From the NCBI GenBank assembly GCA_000165425.1, contig CT868666.1:248001-312000 (forward strand): DNA of 64,000 bases, given 5' to 3'. A program made the translations under genes and the position numbers. Shown piece by piece: positions 52,946 through 64,000 of this stretch. The DNA comes from Paramecium tetraurelia (Eukaryota). The notes under the pieces were generated by a model. The model saw nothing but the letters and a program-made list of their open reading frames with translations, was not told the DNA's origin and did not search any database. Each line of letters opens with the position of its first letter. Position 1 is the first letter of the stretch.

Positions 52946-53820
52946 ATGCAAAACAGTTAATAATAGGTTAACATGCCCTAATCAAGAATGATTGGCGACC
53001 CTGCCTAATCACAATACCTACAAAATTCAATGGCTCAAGATCCCCAATTTTTGAGTTATTAAAATTACAGAAACGAAATTCAAGAGGAAGGAGAAATTGT
53101 AGCTGAAACAGCCAAATTAAGGAAACTATATTTCCTCATGTTACTTCAATTCTTTATTGTGATTGTGTTTAGTTATGTAGATCTATTTATAAATATAATA
53201 GCTACGTTTAGAATCTTTGGAAGATTATTTTTAAAAGAATTCTTATTGGATAATTATTCTATCGATTGGACTCTTTTTATTATCATTGGCCGCATATTTT
53301 ACTAATCCAGAGAACACTGCTGTAAATGTAGTACTCTACGTACTATTTACAATAGTCTTATATTTCTTTTTTATATCACTAACTGCTATAACAAATATTG
53401 AGCAATCCATGATGGTAGCCTTCATGATTTTTGGTTAAGTAATTTTATAAGTTGTTATATTTATTAGATCTTTTCACAATTCTTATCAGTGATGCAAAGC
53501 AGAATTGAGATGTATTATCATTAATAATCTCTCTATGTGTTGGCAGGCGGACTCATCATATTCTAATTGTTCATCATCTATTCAATCATACCATTCTTTG
53601 AAATGATTATTACCTTAGTTTCAGGAGTAGTCTTTGGGTATATATATGATTTTATGCTAGCTTCTTACTCATATATAGTACTTAAAGCAATATAAGTTAA
53701 ATTAAATCAGGAGCCTTGAATGGAAGTGTAAGAGTATATGTCGATTTACTCGGTGTGTTTTTCTATTTGAACTCTTTGATGGCAGATTTGTTTAGAAAAG
53801 AAAAAACATTAGAAAAATGA
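52946..53820 (+). CDS. Bax inhibitor-1/LFG-like multi-pass membrane protein
   Basis: LRKLYFLMLLQFFI, 6-7 hydrophobic segments, FLLIYSTQ, GSVRVYVDLLGVF; 3 introns. Confidence 0.7.
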
Positions 53821-53859
53821 ATAATAAACTATGTAAAATGTTAATATAAAATTATTAAT

Positions 53860-54520
53860 CATCCATAATTGCTAGAACTTCTTCTGTTTTCTTTAATAAT
53901 GATCTAATATTCTTTTTTCCTCCTTACATACTGGTATTCACAATTATTAAATTATCTTTAGATTATGATTCCTTAGGCTTTCTAAATATAGAATTTCGAA
54001 TTCAAAAATAAATAGTTACAAGGAAATTAACTATTTTCTTTATTCTATTATTTAATTATTTTATCAGCAATTTCAACTTTCTGGTATTAATTTGACTTGT
54101 CTAGATTTATTACAATACTAATAAATTGATCTCATTTGAATTGATTGAAAAGACTTTAACTAATTTCAATCAATATAATATAATATAGTAATTTATTATT
54201 ATTTCTGAATGATTTTAGTAGGTTATTTACAATTAGATATTTATTCTTTAATTCTACAGCTCCTTATTAAAGTTTGAAAATATTTTTATCTGCATCTGAG
54301 AATTTCCTTCTCTTAATTAAGGCATTTAAATATTCACTTGATTAAATGTACTTGATGTTATAGTTTTTTATTAGTTCTGAGTGAAATGGGCGTTAATTGC
54401 ATCCAAATTGTCGCCTCCATATTAAAATTCTCATCCAATAGAAGTGTATTATTAGAGGATTTCTTAAATGTGGATCATGTAAGTTTAAAGTTACGATTTA
54501 ATTGTCTGTTGGTCTCCAAT
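53860..54520 (-). pseudogene. Probable decayed gene remnant
   Basis: Protein-like pieces (KNIRSLLKKTEEVLAIMD) broken by TGA/frameshifts; no clean ATG. Confidence 0.3.
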
Positions 54521-54544
54521 ATTTATATATTTATTAAATTTAAT

Positions 54545-56797
54545 ATGCAATAATCGACTCAATAATAATAGAGATAAGATACGGTTGTGCTCAAAGAAAG
54601 AGAGGAAAGACGATTTGAGGAGTTTTTTAATAAATTTTCAAGGAATGGGACTTCTTTGAATTTTGCCGATATTCTTATGTTTGCTCTTGATCGTAGTCTA
54701 GTTACGAATGGTAACAATTTTAGCATGTTTCTGACTCATTTTGATGATGCTTTGGGTGGTGATGTAAAAGGGGAAAGAGCACTCAATAAGCCTTAATTTT
54801 ATTTCTTTCTCAAGTAACTGGCAAAGAAGATATTTCACAATGACCCTCTTCATTTAGAGAAGATGCTAAATGAGATATTGTCTGAGAAAAGTGCAGTTAG
54901 AGATCATAATGTAGAGCCAAATCGAATAGTTGTGCTTGATGAAACTAATAAAAGATTATTGGCTGAGACTTCCATCCAGGCAATATCACTCTTTGAAAGG
55001 GAATTAAAGAATATATTTACTATCTACATGTAAGAAAACCTGTCAAACAATAAAATAATGTTAAGATGGAAGGAGATTTGGGTTTAGAATAAAAAGATGA
55101 ACATGGTATCATTGGTTAGATTTTTAAGAGATGCAGAAATTGTACCTCACATTCTCTCTATTGAATAATTGGAGGAAATTCTAATGAAGATTATTCCGCC
55201 TATTAATAATAAGGAATACGACTTTTTTTAAAAAGGTCATTTCATTCAAATTTATGAAAAGAATTTAGCAGAATGCAACGATTCAGATCCCCAAATATTG
55301 ATCCATGAACTCCAATTACTCTTGGCCAGAATCTCATTTGAATTGGGACTCAAAGAAGAAGGAGGAGGAAATCAAAATAATAGAAAGTTGGATGTTGAAA
55401 AATATATAAGAAAGTTTTTTGGTGAGTTAATGCTCTTTAGAAGGAATGAGAATATAGAGGGTCCACTTCCTAATCTAAATAGAAAATTAATAAAGAACTT
55501 GGAGAAATTCACTAAACAACTGCTGAATGATTTAAGTGATTTTGAAGAAAAGGATTCTTCGGATGATGAACCAGACGGAACAGATGAATTATAAAGAATT
55601 GCAGCATTGTAAGGATCTCTATTATTCGAATAAGGTATAAATATCTAATTATTGTAAGTGTCACTCAACATTCCAGTTGATTAGGTAATCAAAATGTTAG
55701 ATAAGGAATTGCCTCCTATTCCTCCTTTGCCTTAATAAGAAAAGTAAATGCAGAAATGGGATCCAGAAAAGAGAGTAGTTATCGGAAATCCAAAACCAGA
55801 GTCTCCTAAAAATAAGAATGCCAAACCTAAACCAGCTAAAAAACAGTAACAAAGAAGAAAAGCTGGAGAACCAGAACCAAGAAAAGTCATATTTGAATAA
55901 AAAACAGAGCCTAAATAATCAGAATAATATATTCAAGAATTAGCTGATAAGTTGAAATTCGAATAAAAATTGATCTCGGATGTTGAACGTGGCTCTTTAT
56001 CAGATGTATAAGTTGCTCCTGTGCTTATACCAGAAGTGCTATATCCACCTAATCCTCCTTTAGATGTATAATTTCTAGTTGAAGCAGCCATCAATTCTCA
56101 TAATGAAGCTAATTTTGTATTTGCTATATAGAATTATGATGATGCAAGAGTAAGATATAGATAGATATATCATAGAAAAAATGGATTGCTTTAACAGGAA
56201 GAGATTTAACTGATGGATTGGAATTGTATTTTGAATTTAGTAAGGCCACGGTTTTCGAATCAGCTGGAAGGGATGACTTGGCTTTGGTTGCTTATTTGAA
56301 TGCTCGGCAATTTTCAACCAAATTACCAACAAACAATCCTGACAAAGCTTTGGCTTATTGCGGACTTGGATCGGTGTTCTATAATACAGAGGAATATGAT
56401 TGGGCACTCAGAGCATTTTTGAAGGTATTTGTTTTATTAGATTTATTTACTTTAGGCTAGGGAATACAGAGAAAATAGTATTGGGGTGGAGACAGTTGAT
56501 ACTGCGACTGTGTACAATAACTTAGGGTGTTGTATGTACATGTTGGAACGGAATAAGGAGGTAATGGATTCATTTTTATATCCATAGTCATACGGATATT
56601 TTAAATTGGCTCATGCTATTTTAGAATCTCAGTTGGGTCAGTTTCATCCGAGGACTTTGACAGCAGCTAGAAATATCAACAAATCTAAAAATTGTTGGTT
56701 TGAAAATAAACCAGAATTTCCGAAGTTATGGGTTGAATATGCATAAGATCCTTTTGCAGGAGGAAAGAAGAAGAAAAAGAAGAAGGGAAAGAAGTGA
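54545..56797 (+). CDS. TPR-repeat protein with EF-hand-like N-terminus and polybasic C-terminus
   Basis: ALAYCGLGSVFYNTEEYDWALRAFLKA, TATVYNNLGCCMYML, GQFHPRT; ends GGKKKKKKKGKK. Confidence 0.85.
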
Positions 56798-56889
56798 TTT
56801 GTTATATAACTAAAGTTATTTTTCTTATTAATAGTGTAAAGGGATTTATAAGATTTGAGAAAATAAAATATTATTAATAAATTAATTAT

Positions 56890-57272
56890 ATGGCTTTGAA
56901 ATCTGCTGCTTTATTTGAAAAGATGGATCCATTCATCAAAAGCCAAGGAGCTGAATTAGTTAAGAAAATCAATGCAGTTTATTATTTCGAAGTATCTAAA
57001 GCTAAAGGAGAGACTCCAGAAGTTTGGACCGTTGATCTTAAAAATGGAACAGGAGTAGATTATTTTATTTAAAGTTATAGGCAATCTCCAAAGGAAAAGT
57101 CGGAACAGCCGATGCCACCTTCACCATGATAGACGATGACATGATTGCTATGGCCCAAGGAAAGTTGAATCCTCAATAAGCTTTTATGCAAGGAAAGATG
57201 AAAATCAAGGGAAATATGGCTGCAGCAACCAAATTCACCCCAGATCTATTACCAAAGGATGCAAAACTTTGA
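56890..57272 (+). CDS. SCP2: Sterol carrier protein 2 domain protein, peroxisomal (PTS1 AKL)
   Basis: [29 protein letters not shown]-terminal DAKL; one intron. Confidence 0.95.
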
Positions 57273-57947
57273 GTAAAATATTAAGATCCACATCATATTC
57301 AAATATTAATTCTATATATATATATTATGCAATCTTCAAATTGCATATCTGCCCATTGTATCCAAAAATAGCTCTCATTTAACTTGAATTCCTCTGTATT
57401 ATCGACAATAGTTTGTATTAATAGTGAAATTGAAGAATAATAGGTATGATTGCTCATCTTATTTGACTTTATTTTAATGAATTGAATATCTACTAGAATT
57501 TCCTAATTGAATTTATTTTTCTTGAATATTATTATTCTATATATTATTACATCTTCCCTGATTTGAAAAAGGAATGAAGGGAGTATTTTATGCAAGTCAT
57601 TTGATTTATTGCTTCTATTTCTTAAGCAATTAATTGTTTGTTTATATATTAATATGAAGGAGGTGGATTTAGTTGATTTCATTTTGTCCACCACTACTAT
57701 TCATAATTATATAGAATGCTAGAACTTATTTTACATTCTAAGGAATTATAGTTGTCTCATTTAGAATTGATCTTTAATATTCAAATTTTTAATATAATGT
57801 TATTTGTATTTATTGATTTATTACATTCGATTTATTGATTAGAATAGATTTTAGAGCAGACTGAGACTCAAGATGTGGGCAGTCCTTTTTATTTGCTATT
57901 ATTTATGAAATAATTAAAAAGATTGTTTTTTAAAAATAATTTTAAAA

Positions 57948-58450
57948 ATGCCAAAGGGATAAACAACCAATACATAAAAAGCATAGAAAGCTGCTAAAAA
58001 TGCAAGAGTTGCTAAGAAGGTCGTGAGAGCCAGAAAGCATTTCCAAAATAGATTCCACACAGAAAAGCCTTTAGCCTTATCCAGAAAACCAAGATTCACA
58101 AGGTTAGACAACTTTACTTAATATTTCTATAGATTAACAAGATAACTTGCTCCCGTTTCTAAAGGATTAGATTTCTAAAACGTGCTTAGACATCCACTCA
58201 TTACAGAAAAAGACATGAAAAAAATGGAAGATGAAAATACCATGGTGTTCTATGTTAATTAAAAATCAACAAAGCCATAAATTAAAAGAGCATTTTAGAA
58301 GATCTATGAAGTTAAAGTCAGAAAAGTTAATGTAATAACGCTTTATATTTTAAGATCCTTAACACTTTTGGTGGTAAGAAGAAGGCCTACATTAGATTGG
58401 GTGGAGAGAATGATGCTCTCAATTTAGCCAACAAGATCGGAATTATTTGA
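57948..58450 (+). CDS. RPL23A: 60S ribosomal protein L23a (uL23)
   Basis: HPLITEKDMKKMEDENTMVFYV, KVRKVN, KKAYIRL, DALNLANKIGII; two introns. Confidence 0.96.
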
Positions 58451-59162
58451 GCTCAATAATAATTTATCAAAGTACAATAATACATATTTATATCATATGC
58501 TATTTTCTTTAATTATTTTCATGGGTTAACATTCCAAATACCATATTTATTTATACAATATTGTTTGAGCAGGCTAAATGTAAGCATGATTTTCAATTTA
58601 GTTTATATATCTAATCGAAGATCGATTCAATAAAGTAGTTAATTCAATAATTAAGGAAATTAAATGATAAAAAGATTCATATATAAAAATAATAATATCT
58701 ATATAATAACTTTACATAAATTCATACTACTGCTATGTTTGATATTATTTATTGTTCCCCCTATGTATTATTTATTTAGACTCTAGACTAGACATACCTT
58801 ATTGAATTTAAAATACTAAACCTCCTATTTCTCTATCAAATGTAAGTCATTTTGATATTTTTCAAGTTTATTAAAAGAGGAAAATCAAAACCCCTAGACA
58901 ATTTAATTTGATTGACTGATTTCCTAGAGCAGCAAAGATATTAATCAGTATTATGATAGAAGTTTGCTTCTTTGTAATTTTCAATAACAGGCGTTCTTCC
59001 AAAGCAACCCTTGAATTGAGAATCTTTCCCTAATAATCCAGTTTACTCAAAAGTAAAAGAAATAAATCTAAAACCCTAAATTTCTTAGGAATTTATGTGA
59101 TAAATCAAAAGAAAATGTGATTTATTTAAGAAAATATTAATTAAAAATTTTAAGATATAATC

Positions 59163-59632
59163 ATGAACGTCGGTACCCATGTTAGTGATGATTGTGTAAC
59201 AGAATTCAATAAACTCAAATTGGGAAAGTAATATAGATATTTGACCTTTAAATTAAACACCGATACTAATGAAGTAATATTCAGAATTTATTTATTAGAT
59301 TGTTGTCGAACACGTTGGTGCAAGGGAAAGTACTTATGCTGAGTTTGTCGGTCATCTACAAAATGAAGTATCACTATTTTACATTATTATAGTCAAGATA
59401 TGCTGTTTATGATTATCATGCCTAAACTGATGATGTTCCACCAAGACAAGTTGAGAAATTAGTCTTCATCTTCTGGTCTCCAGATGCTAATTAACCTGTT
59501 AAATAAAAGATGTCATATGCTGCAGGAAAGGAGGCCTTGAAGAAGAAATTGAATGGTTTATCTAAAGAAATCTAAGCTAATGATCCAAGTGAAGTAGAAG
59601 AAGCAGAAATGCGTAAATTGGTATTGAATTGA
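59163..59632 (+). CDS. ADF/cofilin
   Basis: VSDDCVTEFNKLKLGK, SRYAVYDY, KLVFIFWSPD, KMSYAAGKEALKKKLNG; two introns. Confidence 0.95.
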
Positions 59633-59689
59633 GAATCAATAAACATTAAATATATTTAATATTGTATTCAACTTGACCACTCTCTATTT

Positions 59690-61707
59690 CATTTTATATA
59701 ATTATATCCATTTACATCTCGATATTAATTGTATAGTCTAATTGATTAACTACAACTCGAGAATTCATCTATGAAATATCTGCATATCAATTTTACCTTC
59801 TACGAAATAATTGATTATATGGATTTACAATATTTTATATGATTTCAAAATGCAATATTAAATCTCTTTTATTAGGAATATGTCAAAAGATGTAATATAC
59901 AATAAAAATATTCGTAATCAGTATTTTTACATCAAATATCAACTCTATTTTCTTAAAGACTCAAATCGTTTATTGAACTTATTTAGTGGATCTGCATTAT
60001 TGATGTTTGCTTTTACACTTTTTAATTATCACTTGTTTCGAATATCAGTTTAACATCTCTATCCAATAGACTTATAATACTCTGATTTACTTTTTTCTAC
60101 TTTTTATGATTGCTTTCTTTAATCATATTGTAAGAATTGAATGCTTATAATATTTCTTCCTCAAAAGATAGTTATTTTGTATCATAACAGTTTTGATTAA
60201 TGCTCGCTTTCATTTTTTCTCTTATTCCTAATTAAATTTTTGGTTTATGTATATAATTAAACAATATTTACTAATCATCATTTAAAAGTATTTTCTTCAA
60301 CTTATCAATTTCAATTAGTTTGTTGATAATAAAGATAATATCAATTTAATTATAAATTGATTCTATACTTTATTAGATCAATTTTCTATCTTAACCGCAG
60401 GTGAATATATATTGATGAATAAATAACTTGATTTATTGTGCTTTCAATTTAAAGTATTTTTTCAATTAAGCCAATTAATTTTGATCAATAAGTCCTTCAC
60501 TCTATCCTAATGCATTAACTTAAGGATGGACTTGTGTTTAATTAGATGATTTTTCAAAATGAAATATTTCTGATGCTAAAAACAAATCACATGAGAGTTT
60601 ATTAATCGGTTTGACTACAACACCTGCCACAAATAATATTAATTCCAATAGTCCTCCCATCTAGCCCAGAATGTCTAAAATATTATTGTAAGTTCTATAA
60701 TATAAAGCCTCTCTGTCATCTAGATAGAGAAAGACATCAATCAATTCATTTTTCTAAATATTGAAAACTTACTCAGAAGATCTTTCAAATAATAGAGCAT
60801 TGTATTACTCTTCGCTCTAGAAATAATAAAAAAAATTTTCTTTATTATAAAATTTTGATTTTCTCACCTCTAAAGTTTACGCCTTGTATGAAAGTATCGA
60901 TATTGGTGTTTTTATTAATTTAGACACTAAGGAAAAAGGATTATGGGCTTTCTATTAATTCAACACAGAATCCGAAATAAAAAATCCTAAATTTCCTTGA
61001 TAGAGCTGTTGATCAATGTATTTTTGAGATGCACATTCTACATAAAAAAAAAAATTTACATCCTCCAGACGTTGCATTATTGCATTTTTCTATTTTAAAT
61101 TGCAAACTTTTAAATACTGGGGTTTGAGGTGTACCTTGCAATGATAAAGTTGTTTAATTCCACTCTTGAGGATCAAAGCAGAGGCTTGCATCTAATATGG
61201 CTGCTGAAATATTTAATTTTTTTTGTATTTAACTATTTATTTACACAGTTGAACATGATTTAAGGGTATAATTATCACACTTATTATTAATTTAGTTCTT
61301 TTCATCAGTAATTCTTGAGCAGGCTAACATTTTAGCCGTATAAACTTACTAACCCGTTTTCTAAGGTATGGGAGTTCCATACATATCAGTCAGCACCAAA
61401 TAGAAGATGAATGAATCTTATTCTAATTTGTATTCCTATGTTACAATATGAAATGTAAAATTACTTCAGGATTAGATTTATATTGAAGATTCTAAATAAC
61501 ATTTGGATTCTTACGTTCCACCATATCAATCACTAGGGATAGAAAGGAATAATAGATGAAAGCTAAAATTCCTATGCTCATCAGCACTCCGAATAATGTG
61601 TGATATTCGTTTTCCTTTTTGATTTATAAGTTAATTTGTGATCCAAACAGGTCAATAGACAATAGCAATTTCCTTAGATTCTTAGAAAATAAGCTGCAAA
61701 ACTTCAT
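59690..61707 (-). CDS. Ciliate 2-TM large-ectodomain membrane protein (member B)
   Basis: IDLFGSQ...HTLFGVLMSIGILAFIYYSFL (TM1); Cys-containing loop; RTYNNILDILGQMGGLLELILFVAGVVVKP (TM2); 3' end approximate. Confidence 0.8.
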
Positions 61708-61981
61708 AAATTAGTGATAGTCTACAATATATTTATAAAAATGCAATCTAAATCGATATTTGAAAAACTTTATAAGTATTGTAATAGTGATATTTCTGAT
61801 AGGTATATCTAACAAAAATAATAATTTGAATTGATGAAGAGAGGAATAAGTTTCAAAGTAGAGATGTCACAATAAGATAGAATTTTGAGCAGCTACAACG
61901 ATTTTTTTATAAATTTCCAAGTACACAATTTTATTCATGGCATATTAAAATACAAAATGACGACATATTAATTATAATTCT

Positions 61982-63244
61982 ATGTTTAGATTGAATTAAT
62001 TGGCTGGACAATTTAAGGAAGTCAAGTTCCTAGCAGATCCTCTTGAGTATCTTAGATTGTATGACATGCTTGAACAGGACGAAAAAGATATTTGTTTTGC
62101 TGTTCGTAAATTTGCATAGGAGAAAGTATTATACAATTAATAATAAGGCTGCTCCAACCATTAATAAGTACGTAGAAGCAGCTGAGTTTCCCACAGAAAT
62201 AGTGGAGGCTTTAAAACCATTGAAGTTGATTCATAAGACCAACACATATGTGAAAACAGGTTTGGCCTATTTAGAATTAGCCAAAGTTGATGCTGGTTTG
62301 TCCACCTTCTATTTGTTAATGTAAGAGTGAGAATGATTAATTAGTTCATCATTGGTACCTCACAGTATTGAAACATTTGGTTCAGAAGAATAAAAATAGA
62401 AATACTTAACCAGGATTAAGGATATGGATATTTTGGGAGGATGGGCATTAACTGAAAAGGAGTATGGATCTGATGCATCGAGCATTTAAACTACAGTCAA
62501 AAAGGTGCAGGGAGGATACTTATTGAATGGCAACAAGAGATGGATTGGAAATGGAAATAAGGATATTTTAGTTGTTTGGGCCAGAAATGCTGAGAATAAC
62601 AACATAGAAGGATTTATAGTGGAAAACAAATGGGCTGGTGTTCATGCAGAACCAATCAAACATAAGTTAGCGTTGAGAATAGTTTAAAATTGTTAAATAA
62701 CATTCAAAGATGTGTTTGTACCTGATGAAAATAGGATGCCAAAAGCTAAAGACTTTTAGAATGGAGTGACTTAAGCTTTGTAGCATTCAAGAGTAGGAGT
62801 ACCTTGGATAGCCTTGGGAATATAAGCTGGAGTATATGAGAATGTGGTGAAATTTACAACCAGAAGAAAGTAATTTGGAAAACATGTTGCTGGATTCTAA
62901 TTATAATAAGAGAGATTGGCAAGGATTTTGACAACATTCTAAGCTAGTTTTCTGATGGTCATACAGGTTTCAAGATTGGCATAGGAGAAAAAGGCAACTT
63001 TGGGATAGATTGCAGCTGTGAAAGCGTGGGTTACTGATAAAACTAGAGAAGTGGCTAGATTGGGAAGAGAGATGATGGGAGGAGACGGAATCTTAATTGA
63101 AAATTACTGTATTAAGGCCTTGACCGATGCTGAAGTGGTTTATACTTATGAGGTAATTATAAACTAAATATCTCATAGGGATCTTACGATATTAATAGTT
63201 TGATTGCTGGAAGGGAAATCACAGGCTTGTCTGCATTCAAGTGA
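61982..63244 (+). CDS. Acyl-CoA dehydrogenase-fold enzyme, ACX4/glutaryl-CoA dehydrogenase-like, with PTS2-like N-terminus
   Basis: FGSEEQKQKYL, GWALTEKEYGSDAS, LNGNKRWIGN, RKQFGKHVAGFQLQQE, GREMMGGDGI, TYEGSYDINSLIAGREITG. Confidence 0.93.
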
Positions 63245-63314
63245 GTTTGATATAGAAGATTATATATATTATTTTAAGTTTCTTGAAGAAGTTGACATTA
63301 ATAAAATTATTATA

Positions 63315-64000
63315 ATGAATAAAAAGAGTAAAACTCCTTAACAATCATCTTAACCCTAAAATCAACAAATAAACCAACCTTCTCCATTGATGTAGCCATT
63401 GTCTTTTCAATCAGGACCGTCTCCATCCTAACCGGATACTTCAGTATTAGATGAATCCGGTGGGGAGAGTGTAAAAGTTGCATTGCGAATTAGACCAATG
63501 AACTAATTAGAGCAAGGAAGAGGGGATGAATAATGTATCAAAGCAATATCAGATTCAAATTGTTAACTCTACTATAAGTAATTCGCGATCTTAATTAGCA
63601 AAGAGGAGTAGCAAAGTAATTTAGATTCAATTCTGTTCTGGATGAGAGGTGCACTTAATAAGAAGTGTTTTTGAAATGCAATATTTAGGAATTGCTAGAT
63701 GCTGCCCTGGATGGATATTCAGCCACAATATTTGCATATGGTTAAACCGGATCAGGTAAAACTTATACGTAAATTTTCAATTTTAATATTCAAGCATTTC
63801 TGGAGTTGAAGAACGTTTGGCTAGAGAAAAGTATATTTCTGATGAGTCTGAAGGCATCATTCCCAGAGCTACTAGATATTTATGGTAGATAATGGCACAA
63901 AGAGCAGAACAATTCTATGTGAAAGCCTCGTTTACAGAAATATACAACGAGTAGTTGAGAGATCTGCTAAATCCTGCTTCTGGAATCTTGCATTGCAGAT
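63315..64000 (+). CDS. Kinesin motor protein (5' part, runs off window)
   Basis: VKVALRIRP, FAYGQTGSGKTYT (P-loop), GIIPRA, ASFTEIYNEQLRDLL. Confidence 0.95.

Noticed and set aside
59071..59080. AAACCCTAAA telo-box or telomere-like word upstream of cofilin
   Set aside because: Single short copy; not an array of Paramecium telomeric repeats

Overview
AT-rich, gene-dense eukaryotic DNA that reads as ciliate macronuclear sequence, almost certainly Paramecium. Genes open only when TAA/TAG are read as Gln and TGA is the sole stop, introns are 20-31 nt GT..AG, and intergenic gaps are often under 50 bp. The supplied standard-code ORF track therefore fragments real genes and includes many antisense artefacts; I re-translated by hand with code 6, so coordinates near introns and some gene ends are approximate. 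About 35 genes are supported. They include a Sec14/CRAL-TRIO protein, a trichocyst-matrix-like precursor, two STPGR/ODF3-like proteins, cysteinyl-tRNA synthetase, four pseudokinases, two secreted beta/gamma-crystallin-domain proteins, a tandem dienelactone hydrolase pair, PPP4R4-like and hinderin-like proteins, a CNBD K+ channel, arylamine N-acetyltransferase, a BI-1-like protein, SCP2, RPL23A, cofilin, an ACX4-like oxidase and a kinesin. There are also decaying DnaJ and ferlin pseudogenes. The two most interesting signals are a ~667-aa protein with four tandem truncated (2/2) globin domains (22197-24247, minus), which the ORF track misses entirely, and two members of a 2-TM, large-ectodomain family with an ENaC/ASIC-like pre-TM2 motif. 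No rRNA, tRNA, CRISPR, telomere or intact transposon was seen.
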